DNA from: Lytechinus pictus | Taxonomy: Eukaryota | Length of the DNA stretch: 64,000 nucleotides | Assembly: GCF_037042905.1 (NCBI RefSeq) | Contig: NC_087250.1 | Span: forward strand, 6,140,001 to 6,204,000 | Direction of reading: 5' to 3' | In this document: one piece after another, positions 39,701 through 50,000 of the stretch | Numbering within the stretch: position 1 is the stretch's first letter | Layout: every line of letters begins with the position of its first letter | Position numbers and translations under genes: made by a program | The notes under the pieces: generated by a model | Told to the model about the DNA's origin: nothing | Databases searched by the model: none | The model's input: the letters and a program-made list of their open reading frames with translations, nothing else

Positions 39701-39928
39701 TTGGCAGAAGAAATCCGATCACCGAAAGAATTAAAGTCCCTTGGCTACCAGCTTGGATTCTCTCCATCAGCTAGCAAGAAATACCTCATCCGACCGGAGT
39801 TATCCATGGAGGTGCTTCGTGATTGGAGGCGCCGGGTTCGACCAAGTCAACAGATTGACGAGCTTCATGCAGCCTTAAAAAATGCTGGGCTTGAACAGAC
39901 AGCAGAGATCTTCTTACCTGAACGTTAG
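7220..39928 (+). CDS. 21-exon gene for a giant ankyrin-repeat / ZU5-UPA / multi-death-domain protein (~3,068 aa once the exon-14 insertion is removed); this copy is transposon-interrupted
   Basis: Exons: 7220-12754, 13250-13432, 17450-17607, 18038-18069, 18468-18800, 19000-19247, 20040-20168, 21743-21902, 22570-22615, 22920-23200, 24505-24523, 25514-25773, 25974-26081, 26854-26944+30841-31073, 33387-33635, 34644-34973, 35489-35706, 36134-36268, 37232-37385, 37961-37994, 39658-39928. All have AG acceptors and GT donors (one GC). Phases match at every junction and the total of 9207 nt is divisible by 3. Confidence 0.8.
13250..13432 (+). CDS. Exon 2: terminal ankyrin repeats
   Basis: tttag|AGC...AAG|gtgacg; SNLPILQIAVLRGDASLVEKLISYGCDLNNQSTDGQTCLHKAIKL; phase 0-0. 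Not in the ORF track. Confidence 0.88.
13566..14122. mobile_element. Foldback-type element made of inverted arrays of a ~16-bp unit (TTCGTAATTCCGAAGG)
   Basis: The unit runs forward to ~13835 and then as its reverse complement. Ends are ggtaacac ... gtgtaacc. No TSD seen. Confidence 0.75.
14349..17223. mobile_element. Non-autonomous Mutator-like foldback transposon (2.9 kb), 9-bp TSD
   Basis: GGAATAATC at 14340-14348 and 17224-17232. GG..CC termini. TIRs of ~280-350 bp built from (GGACAAYTACCCCCC)n. Confidence 0.88.
17450..17607 (+). CDS. Exon 3: last ankyrin-like repeat
   Basis: tacag|ATA...AG|gttgta; ALVFYLLDNGARLDIRDDTGNLPIHYAKD; phase 0-2. Confidence 0.88.
18038..18069 (+). CDS. Exon 4: 32-nt linker exon
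   Basis: ttttttag|G...GAG|gtaaga; supplies the required phase 2-1 bridge. Confidence 0.75.
18468..18800 (+). CDS. Exon 5: ZU5 domain 1
   Basis: LEDHGVSIFIPPGAI ... FQHPVKIRIPHC, the ZU5 signature; phase 1-1. Confidence 0.88.
19000..19247 (+). CDS. Exon 6: end of ZU5-1 and start of UPA-like domain 1
   Basis: tctag|AC...GAG|gtaagg; YCKVYKRHLELYVSQCADWWVLI; phase 1-0. Confidence 0.82.
20040..20168 (+). CDS. Exon 7: UPA-like domain 1
   Basis: ttcacag|GAA...AGA|gtaagc; open 43 codons; phase 0-0. Confidence 0.75.
20650..21460 (-). repeat. Interspersed repeat family rich in GCGAGCGCGAAGCGCG motifs; related stretches at ~3590-4700, ~15590-16810 and ~56300-57180
   Basis: Recurring gcgagcgcgaagcgcg motif and a shared cagcctattgagcaagat..aatctcatc segment (15771, 16543, 56903). 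hAT-like terminus cagtggcgtacc on the minus strand at 21460. Boundaries are approximate. Confidence 0.5.
21743..21902 (+). CDS. Exon 8: UPA-like domain 1, end
   Basis: tacag|GTT...CAG|gtaaaa; beta-rich FPVTIMITQ...SLAFVIR; phase 0-1. Confidence 0.75.
22570..22615 (+). CDS. Exon 9: 46-nt linker exon
   Basis: ttcgacag|GT...CC|gtaagt; phase 1-2. Confidence 0.72.
22920..23200 (+). CDS. Exon 10: death domain 1
   Basis: IADKMTVDQYYDLGVALGF...LDVME...QAFFDMLNKWRQ, a death-fold pattern; phase 2-1. Confidence 0.85.
23472..24310. mobile_element. Tc1/mariner-like palindromic MITE
   Basis: cagtgcgtccca.aaaaa ... ttttctgggacgcactg|TA, with long inverted arms. Confidence 0.8.
24505..24523 (+). CDS. Exon 11: 19-nt micro-exon
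   Basis: atctag|AAGATATCTCCTCTGTTAG|gtgagt. The only strong phase 1-2 candidate I noticed between DD1 and DD2. Confidence 0.6.
24818..25115. mobile_element. PIF/Harbinger-like MITE
   Basis: gcccgtattctgaagtc..tttaactta ... taagttaaacctgacttcagaatatgggcc. Confidence 0.72.
25514..25773 (+). CDS. Exon 12: death domain 2 (probable GC donor)
   Basis: ISDKFLVEFSRKI...IGQKLGLTKRELDHIQ...QMLSKWK; donor AAG|gcaaga gives the needed phase 1. Confidence 0.8.
25974..26081 (+). CDS. Exon 13: acidic linker
   Basis: ttttcag|AT...TAG|gtaaga; phase 1-1. Confidence 0.72.
26854..26944 (+). CDS. Exon 14, 5' half (before the transposon)
   Basis: catag|AT GAC...; LQLHGGQPEEED matches IDVHGGAPSNTE in the paralogous exon at 55005. 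Confidence 0.75.
27902..28985. mobile_element. Nested 1.08-kb TIR element with 4-bp ATGA TSD
   Basis: atga|CAGTCAGACCGCAGGTCCC ... GGGACCTGCAGTCTGACTG|atga; 18/19 TIR match. Confidence 0.85.
28298..28593. mobile_element. Innermost nested MITE-like element with perfect 27-bp inverted ends
   Basis: tttaatcgggtcaagatcacacttttc ... gaaaagtgtgatcttgacccgattaaa. Inverted ctgattgg / ccaatcag boxes inside. Confidence 0.7.
30841..31073 (+). CDS. Exon 14, 3' half: divergent death-fold-like domain 3
   Basis: RIIALQVTNLPLARDLGKALRV...VIDSWL; donor CAG|gtatgt; phase 1. Confidence 0.8.
31165..32028. mobile_element. Kolobok-like MITE with TTAA TSD
   Basis: TTAA|agatcctgaccgg ... ccggtctggatct|TTAA. Internal inverted block gacgtcacgttgtgt / acacaacgtgacgtc. 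Confidence 0.78.
33387..33635 (+). CDS. Exon 15: divergent death-fold-like domain 4
   Basis: ttacag|GT...AAG|gtatat; LKMLKEWLIQGGTRERLLEVAQAFRFNDAALKI; 249 nt; phase 1-1. Confidence 0.82.
34128..34511. mobile_element. Degenerate foldback MITE of short inverted tandem units
   Basis: (cca.ttcgtcta)-like units on the left and (tagacgaa.tgg)-like units on the right. Confidence 0.6.
34644..34973 (+). CDS. Exon 16: ZU5 domain 2
   Basis: GIMDHRGVKLFLDKLGITVTIPEGAIPKG...ITPVIE...KPAMV; phase 1-1. Confidence 0.88.
35489..35706 (+). CDS. Exon 17: end of ZU5-2 and start of UPA-like domain 2
   Basis: ITFHTRHLQVFALS...LRIYILHP; donor CAG|gtatat; phase 1-0. The acceptor is AAG, so the 5' boundary is less certain. 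Confidence 0.78.
36134..36268 (+). CDS. Exon 18: UPA-like domain 2
   Basis: tttttcag|GAT...ATG|gtgata; open 45 codons; phase 0-0. Confidence 0.72.
36590..37092. repeat. Imperfect (CAT)n microsatellite in intron 18
   Basis: Direct inspection of the sequence. Confidence 0.95.
37232..37385 (+). CDS. Exon 19: UPA-like domain 2, end
   Basis: Pyrimidine tract and ctaac branch-like site, caag|ATG...AAG|gtaaac; phase 0-1. Confidence 0.72.
37961..37994 (+). CDS. Exon 20: 34-nt linker exon
   Basis: atacag|AT...TC|gtaagt; phase 1-2. Confidence 0.7.
38540..38774. mobile_element. Palindromic MITE with a CACTG left end; right terminus lost
   Basis: aaaaactccggtgttgatttaacacca..cccggaatctatatatgtccaca and its reverse complement at ~38715-38774. 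Confidence 0.75.
39658..39928 (+). CDS. Exon 21: C-terminal death domain and stop
   Basis: ttgtag|A CAC; ILKILAEEI...LKSLGYQLGFS...EVLRDWRR...LHAALKNAGLEQTAE; TAG at 39926-39928. Confidence 0.85.
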
Positions 39929-41919
39929 TAGGCAATTCTAATTTATAGATTTCTAACACACAGTCAACAATTTATATGAAACATATGCTACATTAATCCA
40001 ATTTTGATTTTAACCTATTCCATCCTTATGTCTATCACAGTTTATTTAGAATCCTGCGATGATTCGCAAAAAGCATTAACGTTGTAAAGAGTTGACACGA
40101 TATTTGCTCCTGTGACAATTGCTCTGGGATAAATTTTGTAGGGTTAAGGTAGTAGGGTTGCAATAGGGTTTAATGTAAGTTTAGAGTTAGGGTAGGGTAA
40201 AGTGTTAAACACAAGGTTAAAGTTGGTCATTTGCTTGGTGTGTGGAATGTAGAGCGGAGGAATATCATTGTCGCCAGAGCAAAGGCCAAGGAACAAATTT
40301 GAACCATGAATTCAATATTTTTTTATCGCACACAAGGACACTTTTAACACTTACATTTCCATTGCCGTGTGGTTTATATAAGAGTGACATCTCCCCCCCC
40401 CCAAAAAAAAAAAAAAAAAAAAACTGAGGTATTTTTCTTTTGTTTTTCCTTTTTTTGGTTCCCAACAACAATGTTGTTACAGTGATCACGACGTCGAAGG
40501 CGCACTTTGCACTTACCCTAAATTCATGGGAGTCAAAGAAGTAACAGATTTCCCCCACGAGATCGATATAGAGAGTTGAACGAGATTGATGTAGAGAGCT
40601 GAGGTACTGACAACTGTATGATGGAACGCCTACGGAATTCTTTGTGTCTTCAATTTGAAACATTCACAAAATAATCTCGTACATTATATACGCTTTTTTA
40701 TTGTAGTACAGTGGTGATATTTACTTGCAAGTATTAGTTTAAAATAGTGGATAATATTACACAGAACATGAATATATCACATTTCAATAAGATGATATGA
40801 AAACGGATTTCTGATTAATCAAATAATCTGAGCATTCCTCAATTCGTTGTATGCATACTACCCTTGGATAAACGAATACAATGATGTACTGCTTTTTCTT
40901 CCAACCAACCATGTTTTTTTTTAATTTCTAGTCGTATACCACATATGCCATCATACTACATGTATTTTCACGTTATATTGATATTGTCGTACAACCTACA
41001 TTAAGTATTATTTTGTTTATCTGGCAACATCATAGCCGATATTTCTCTTTATTTCGTAGGTCGATCCTAAATCGTCCTTCTTGTGTGTGTTTCTTATATA
41101 TCTTCTTCCTGTATTGAAATAACTAATACCTAATATTTGTTTTGTATGCTTTCATGTTGATAATACATTATCACCAACATTTCAGACACTAAATAGGGTT
41201 ATAGAAAACCTGTCCCTTTTGCATTTGAACATTATATGTAATGTGATATATTGTACATGTATATAGCCCCAAAGTTATCTAGTAATTTCTAGCATTCTCT
41301 CTTTCCAGTAAGCCTATTTGATACTGCGATGCAGTTATATTCCATGATATAAAGTTTAACATTTACACAGATTAGACCTACATTTATTTGCATTCTGTAG
41401 TTTGTACCCCAACCCTCCCTTATGTGTAGATAACAGTAGATTCGAGTCCATATGTCATGTATGTACAACTTTTTTTAAGTCTACAGTCTACATATTGTCT
41501 ATGGTGAATTTATATTGCAGTCTTTGTCATCTTACTTTACATTGTATCATAATTATCATGGTTATGATACACAGATTATGAAGGCCGATATGATTATTTT
41601 ATTCATGATTTTTTTTACACTGAGCCTAGGGTTATTTCCAGCGGCCCGTAACACAAAGCTTAGCAATGATCGTAGAGAAACTTTTCTACGATTGATTCCA
41701 TTGATTACAATACAAAATCAATCGTGAAAATCAAGCTTACGATTAATCGCTAACCTTTGTGTTACGGGACCCAGATCGTTCGCAGTTGTTTTGTTCGAGT
41801 CCGTATGTTCAACCTTATTGCAGTCAACAGTTGCTTTGTTGAATTCATATAACTCACTTTGTTTTATAATGTACACATTTTTTAAGGGAGATATGATTCT
41901 TTTATTATTCATTACTTTT

Positions 41920-42860
41920 TACAATCATTTTAGATTTAGTATATCTGTAGTTTGTTTATAATCAAATGGATCTTTATTAGGCGAGCACCATGAGAGTCTG
42001 TTGACCTTTCATATTAATACACACACATGTTATGATCATTAAAGCGCGATATTAAGTTTGCCGTGTTAGCTATAATAATTGCAACTAAAGTGCAGTTTAC
42101 TTTAATTTGTAGATTGTGTTGATATCTCTATCGTGTATATATGCAAATTAATCTTTACTAGGCGAGCACTATTAGAGTCTTCGGATGTTATAGTTACACA
42201 CAAATGTTATCATCATTAAAGCGCGATATTCAGTTTGTTTCCCGATTCCATTGTGATCTAGCCATGTTAGGTATGAGAATTGCAACTTAAGTATAGTTTA
42301 CTTTAATTTGTAGATTTTTTTTAATATCTCTATCTTGTATATATTCAAATGAATCTTTACTAGCCAAGCACCATTAGACATGTTAGAGTTAAGGATCTTA
42401 TATATAGATACACACCAATGTTATCACTTAAGCGCGATATTAAGTTTGTTTCCAGATTTCATCATGACTTCGCCATGTTAGCTATAAGAATTGCAACTAA
42501 AGTGTAGTTTACTTTAATTTGTAGATTATGTTTATATCTCTATCGTGTATATATAAAAATGAATCTTTACTAGGCAAGCACTATTAGAGTTTAAGGATCT
42601 TATTTATAGACACACACAAATGTAATTATCATCAAAGCGCGATATTCAGTTTGTTTCCCGATTTCACCAGTTCACTGTGATCTAGCCATGTTTGCTATGA
42701 GAATTGCAACTTAAGTATAGTTTACTTTAATTTGTAGATTTTGTATAACTGCAATGTGTTTATGTATGTGATTGAGTGAATATTTACTAGCCGAGCACCA
42801 TGAGAGTACTATATAAATACACACCATTGCTACTATCATTAAAGCGCGATATTATTTTTA
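41920..42860. repeat. Old diverged tandem repeat, ~5 units of ~180-210 bp
   Basis: aagcgcgatatt recurs at ~42042, 42219, 42431, 42635 and 42842, together with tttactttaatttgtagatt. Confidence 0.8.
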
Positions 42861-43129
42861 TTTATTTACACTTATATGCAAATGCGTACGCAGTACATAC
42901 TTGATGTATATTCAAACTCATGCTAAATACAAAGGTTAATACGTAACAACGACAAAGAGTTATTTAAAAAGGCCCTTTTATTGATTATCGTATTGCTGAT
43001 CTTAATTTTCAACAAGTTGGCATTAATTGAAATATTGAGTGGATGATGATTTACTATCACTTTAAACAAGATTTTGCGTCCCTGGCACAGGTGACACCAA
43101 ATTAAAAATAATAGTAATGATTTTGAAAT

Positions 43130-43162
<33 letters not shown>

Positions 43163-43675
43163 TGTCATTGGCAACCAACCAACTGTGCCCTTTCGCTCCC
43201 CTATGTAATATAGGCCAACACGGAAGGAATGCAAGGAGTAGTGCAAAATTGCCAAATCTTATACAAGCCTACTCCCAAATGTTAAAAACTTAAGCATGTT
43301 AAGCATAGATTAACTTAAGATTGATTTGTAGATTTTGTTGATATCTGCTGCGCGTTTGTATACAGGAAAATATTTAATAGGATAGCACCATGTGCACTTT
43401 TTGATCAGAATACAGGTATAGGCCCTATGTATATATATATATATATATACACCTTTTTAAATCATTATTATTAAGCACCCTATATAGCTCAAAGCAAACG
43501 CTAATTGTAAATACACTGTACATATCTAATGTGTCTTCATAAACTTTAAGTTAGTATATAGATATCAACGACATTTTTAAAGCACCGTTTACAGTCTTAA
43601 TCAAATTAAGCATGTTGGCACTTATTGATTTAAATAGTACATGATGATTTACTTTAATGTCAATTAAGATTATTA

Positions 43676-46600
43676 AACCAGCCTCCTTTGTTTTTTACTA
43701 TAATATATAGGCCAATCTCAACTTTGCGTTACTATCTTTGCGTTATATATCATGTTATCATGATTGTAATATACATAATGTACAGTGTAGGGAGATATAA
43801 ATGTGTTATTCATGACTGTTTACATATATCGCAACTAAAGCTTTCATTTCATTGGAATAATTGAAAACCAGCCTCCTTTGTTTTTACTATATATAGGCCA
43901 ATCTCAAGTTTGCGTTACTATCTTTGCGTTATATATCATGTTATCATGATTGTAATATACATAATGTACAGTGTAGGGAGATATAATTGTGTTCTTCATG
44001 ACTGTTTACATATATCGCAACTAAAGCTTTCATTTCATTGGAATAATTGGAAACCAGCCTCCTTTGTTTTTACTATATATAGGCCAATCTCAAGTTTGCT
44101 TTACTGTCTTTGCGTTATATATCATGTTATCATGATTGTAATGTATATAATGTAGGGAGATATAATTGTGTTATTCACGACTGTTTACATATATCCCAAC
44201 TAAAGCTTTCATTTTATTGGAATAATTGGAAACCAGCCTCCTTTGTTTTTACTATATATAGGCCAATCTCAAGTTTGCGTTACTATCTTTGCGTTATATA
44301 TCATGTTATCATGATTGTAATATACATAATGTACAGTGTAGGGAGATATAATTGTGTTCTTCATGACTGTTTACATATATCGCAACTAAAGCTTTCATTT
44401 CATTGGAATAATTGGAAACCAGCCTCCTTTGTTTTTACTATATATAGGCCAATCTCAAGTTTGCTTTACTGTCTTTGCGTTATATATCATGTTATCATGA
44501 TTGTAATGTATATAATGTAGGGAGATATAATTGTGTTATTCACGACTGTTTACATATATCCCAACTAAAGCTTTCATTTTATTGGAATAATTGGAAACCA
44601 GCCTCCTTTGTTTTTACTATATATAGGCCAATCTCAAGTTTGCGTTACTATCTTTGCGTTATATATCATGTTATCATGATTGTAATATACATAATGTACA
44701 GTGTAGGGAGATATAATTGTGTTCTTCATGACTGTTTACATATATCGCAACTAAAGCTTTCATTTCATTGGAATAATTGGAAACCAGCCTCCTTTGTTTT
44801 TACTATATATAGGCCAATCTCAAGTTTGCTTTACTGTCTTTGCGTTATATATCATGTTATCATGATTGTAATGTATATAATGTAGGGAGATATAATTGTG
44901 TTATTCACGACTGTTTACATATATCCCAACTAAAGCTTTCATTTTATTGGAATAATTGGAAACCAGCCTCCTTTGTTTTTACTATATATAGGCCAATCTC
45001 AAGTTTGCATTACTGTCTTTGCGTTATATATCATGTTATCATGATTGTAATGTATATAATGTTGGGAGATATAATTGTGTTATTCACGACTGTTTACATA
45101 TATCCCAACTAAAGCTTTCATTTTATTGGAATAATTGGAAACCAGCCTCCTTTGTTTTTACTATATATAGGCCAATCTCAAGTTTGCTTTACTGTCTTTG
45201 CGTTATATATCATGTTATCATGATTGTAATGTATATAATGTAGGGAGATATAATTGTGTTATTCACGACTGTTTACATATATCCCAACTAAAGCTTTCAT
45301 TTTATTGGAATAATTGGAAACCAGCCTCCTTTGTTTTTACTATATATAGGCCAATCTCAAGTTTGCATTACTGTCTTTGCGTTATATAGCATGCTATCAT
45401 GATTGTGATATATATAATGTAGGGAGATATAATTGTGTTATTCACGACTGTTTACATATATCCCAACTAAAGCTTTCATTTTATTGGAATAATTGGAAAC
45501 CAGCCTCCTTTGCTTTTACTATATATAGGCCAATCTCAAGTTTGCGTTACTGTCTTTGCGTTATATAGCATGCTATCATGATTGTAATATATATAATGTC
45601 GGGATATGTGATTGTGTTTTCCACGACTGTTTACATATATCCCAACTAAAGCTTTAATTTCATTGGAATAATTGGAACCCAGCCTCCTTTGTTTTTACTA
45701 TATATAGGCCAATCTCAAGTTTGCGTTACTGTATTTGCGTTATATAGCATGCTATCATGATTGTAATGTATATAATGTAGGGAGATTTAATTGTGTTATT
45801 CGCGACTGCTTACATATATCAACTAAAGCTTTCATTTCATTGGAATAATTGAAAACCAGCCTTCTTGGTTTTTACTATATATAGGCCAATCTCAAGTTTG
45901 CGTTACTGTCTTTGCGTTATATAGCATGTTATCATGATTGAAATATATATAATGTAGGGAGATATAATTGTGTTATTCACGACTGTTTACATATATCCCA
46001 ACTAAAGCTTTCATTTTATTGGAATAATTGGAAACCAGCCTCCTTTGTTTTTAATATATATAGGCCAATCTCAAGTTTGCGTTACTCTCTTTGCGTTATA
46101 TAGCATGCTATCATGATTGTAATGTATATAATGTAGGGAGATTTAATTGTGTTATTCACGACTGCTTACATATATCAACTAAAGCTTTCATTTCATTGCA
46201 ATAATTGAAAACAAGCCTTCTTGGTTTTTACTATATATAGGCCAATCTCAAGTTTGCGTTACTGTCTTTGCGTTATATAGCATGCTATCATGATTGTAAT
46301 ATATATAATGTCGGGATATGTGATTGTGTTTTCCACGACTGTTTACATATATCCCAACTAAAGCTTTAATTTCATTGGAATAATTGGAACCCAGCCTCCT
46401 TTGTTTTTACTATATATAGGCCAATCTCAAGTTTGCGTTACTGTATTTGCGTTATATAGCATGCTATCATGATTGTAATGTATATAATGTAGGGAGATTT
46501 AATTGTGTTATTCGCGACTGCTTACATATATCAACTAAAGCTTTCATTTCATTGGAATAATTGAAAACCAGCCTTCTTGGTTTTTACTATATATAGGCCA

Positions 46601-47078
46601 ATCTCAAGTTTGCGTTACTGTCTTTGCGTTATATAGCATGTTATCATGATTGAAATATATATAATGTAGGGAGATATAATTGTGTTATTCACGACTGTTT
46701 ACATATATCCCAACTAAAGCTTTCATTTTATTGGAATAATTGGAAACCAGCCTCCTTTGTTTTTAATATATATAGGCCAATCTCAAGTTTGCGTTACTCT
46801 CTTTGCGTTATATAGCATGCTATCATGATTGTAATGTATATAATGTAGGGAGATTTAATTGTGTTATTCACGACTGCTTACATATATCAACTAAAGCTTT
46901 CATTTCATTGCAATAATTGAAAACAAGCCTTCTTGGTTTTTACTATATATAGGCCAATCTCAAGTTTGCGTTACTGTATTTGCGTTATCTAGCATGCTAT
47001 CATGATTGTAATATATATAATGTAGGCAGATATAATTGTGTTATTCATGACTGCTTACAAATATATAAACTAAAGCTT
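43676..47078. repeat. Satellite array, 19 units of 177-186 bp
   Basis: ggccaatctca recurs 19 times at 177-186-bp spacing; the units are near-identical. Confidence 0.95.
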
Positions 47079-50000
47079 GAAACGTTTGTCTGTCTGTTCG
47101 GTATGTTGTAGCTAGGGATTCTCAGAAGTCATGCTATTTTATTAGTTGTTACACTGTTTATATTACAAATAGTCGCATTGCATAAATTAGGCTAGGTTTG
47201 ATATTTACATTTCTTTTCTATTTGTCATTTGTTTACACGCAAGAGAAACGTCACTGGATTAGCTTCATAGTGTTTGGAGGTTATATACGTATATACATTA
47301 TTCAGTGCGCACAGTAATAATTTTCTAATTCATACTCCGTACATATTTGATATATTAAAATAGCGAAAGAAACTAATAAAAAAAAATTGCTGTACATAGG
47401 TGTGTTAAACTTTTAAAACAGCATGTTAACAGTTATTGCTCTTTGTTTAATATGATGACTTCCAGATTTAAAGACTTATTACTTTTAGCAACTTGGGACC
47501 TTTCGCAATCCTCACGGACGCTAATATTAGGGTCCCCTAACACAAAAGTTAACGCTTAATCATACACTTGATTTTTAAGATTGAATGTGCATTATAATCA
47601 ATAGAATCAAACGTAGAAAACTGCTCTACAATCAATGCTAAACTTTGTGTTACAGGGGGGTTACAGGCCCTACAGATCTGCTTTTCGTGTGCAAAATCCT
47701 TTTCTGCGACACTCGCACCATACATAGCATGTATATTACGACTGATGGTTTGAGATATTCGAAATGAAGACCTAAAATAGATTATGACATGGATAAGAAA
47801 GTGGTTTTTCAAACAAATCGAGTACATATTGAGTGAGGAAAAACTTACTGAATGAAGGCTTAGATATAGATCATTACAGTCCATCGAATCGATATTACAT
47901 TTAATGTGGATTATTGGTGTATCACTGGCAATTGATTTCATGGGTCAGATCAACCTCTCCAGCCGAACATTTCGCGTGAGTTGATATGTGCACACCATTA
48001 TGTAATACATTTGAACTCGTTTCTTTTTGTTTCTTTTGTTTCTTTTGTTTATTCCTTCTACACAAACGATATGCCTCTCGCACACGATGTAATGGGCATT
48101 ATGTTTTACTTCCCCCAGAAATGGGGATTAGATTCAAATTCCGGGGGGACCACTTCCATTAATGAGTGGATACCAGGCACGACCATGGGGTTTCGAAAAA
48201 TACCCTAAACAAGCTGGGAAGTAATTCTTTTCCAGATTATGAAAATGCATCTCTTAACAAGAATTTGGCTTGTGAAACCCTACAAGTATTGGATATCCCT
48301 TTTTTGTCAGCATTTTAAACATCGTTTTGACACCCTTATAACGTTACATAGGCCTATACGTAACGTACCTGCCCACTCTGTCCCCTTTTACGCGTGGTCG
48401 CTCCTGTGATCCACTAATCAATGGAAGTGGGCCCCCCGGGCGGCCTCTCGAGCTCTAGGAGGAGTCAAATGTGGCTTTGGAAAGTCGTCCTCAATGAGAT
48501 GTATCGCTGTTACCATAGTAGCAACCAAAATTTTGCACACGAAACGCATATTGAATGTTTCCGTCGCAGATGCGAAACGAAAAAAAAATCTCATGTCACA
48601 CAATTTGCATTGCAGGACGACCATGATGACGGGCCCAAAAAGTCTCTTCCAAAATCAACTAACGTCGTAAATAAGCGTGCGCGTCCTCAAACGAAAGGTC
48701 CGGAATATAGACAAGGGAGATGCAGATTCATATAACACTTTTGTAGTGTCCCTTTACCGTTGTACACAACGAACGTAGAGGGCGGTAACACACGGCAGTG
48801 TAGCTGCCCTCTGCGTTCGTTGGTTATACCTTTCCGTGAATCCCTGAGGAGAAATAACCCATCCATTTTTTTGGTGGTACCGGAATATCAAAACAGAAAA
48901 CCACATCAAGGAGATACCCAGTAATAGCAAAGTTAAAACCATAACTATTGCTTTAGCTCCGATTGGTACAAAGTGTTCTTATGTATGAATGATCGTGGAA
49001 AACCTGTTTCTAAAATTGTTTAACATAATGGTACAAGTTTAAGAGATATCTTGACCAGGAATGTAACAAACCTAAAAATGTATTCTTTTTAATGTTTCTT
49101 GCGTTTTTATGATTACATAAAGACATTTGACAGTAACAACTACCATATTTTTTTCACATCGAGATGTCTTTATGGGCTGTATTCAAAATAACATGATTTA
49201 GTAGTTAAGTATACTCTATCGAATGAATGACACTAATGTTATATGATGTTATTGCCACAATGACAGGCAAAATGCTTTCAAGAGATTGCGTAGACCTGTC
49301 CGGAATGAACCCTTTAGTATGAAACAGGTGTTAACCTCTTTAAAGTTCGTTTGTACCGCATTATTGGAGTATACCCATCGTAGGTTTTCATTACTATCTT
49401 TATCATTATGATTGTAATATACATAATTTAGGCAGATATTATTATTTTATTAATGACTGATTACAAATATCCCGAATAAGTTTAGTTAATATGTCAAACT
49501 GAACCTTGGAACGTTTGTCCATCAAGTCCTCAGTATGTTGTAGCTTGGGATTCTAAGAAGTAATGCTAAAATACTGTATTATGTATAATAATCAAATGGT
49601 ATCTTTGCATAATTTAGACTGAATCTAGTTTTTACTCTTTTTTATATTTGTTATTTCATTTCTTCTTATACTAGAGAAACATTACTGGTTTAGGTCCATT
49701 ATCATGATTGTACTGCTACATGTATGTTAAGAATGTATCATAAAACTAATTTTAATGTAATTCGTATTTTATACAAGATCATTTAAGAGAATGATGTTCA
49801 TCAAAAAAGTTCTTGGACATTTATAAAAGTTAAAATATTCCATATCGATATTTGATTAAAGGCAAATTATTGTATGTCAACATGATCAGACACTATTCCT
49901 CTTTCAGTGTGACATGACATTTTCATGTGACCAGTCATGCATGGTATGATTTATAAAATTTGTATAATCTGTTCCAAACATGTACTGTATCTAAGCACTT

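Noticed and set aside
7220..39928. Naming the gene ANK1/2/3, UNC5 or PIDD1
   Set aside because: Repeat number, lack of tandem ZU5-ZU5, lack of Ig/TSP/TM or LRR regions and the multiple death domains do not fit any of them.
40090..40290. Telomere-like tagggtt motifs
   Set aside because: Degenerate and enclosed by short inverted ttgctc..gacaat motifs; more likely a small MITE than an interstitial telomere.
43910..45568. Repeated Cys/Tyr-rich ORFs
   Set aside because: Translations of the satellite. Unit lengths of 179 bp shift the frame and there is no splice or coding signal.
48421..48735. 104-aa ORF as a first exon for the downstream paralog
   Set aside because: No recognisable domain, no similarity to the large gene and no convincing phase-1 donor.
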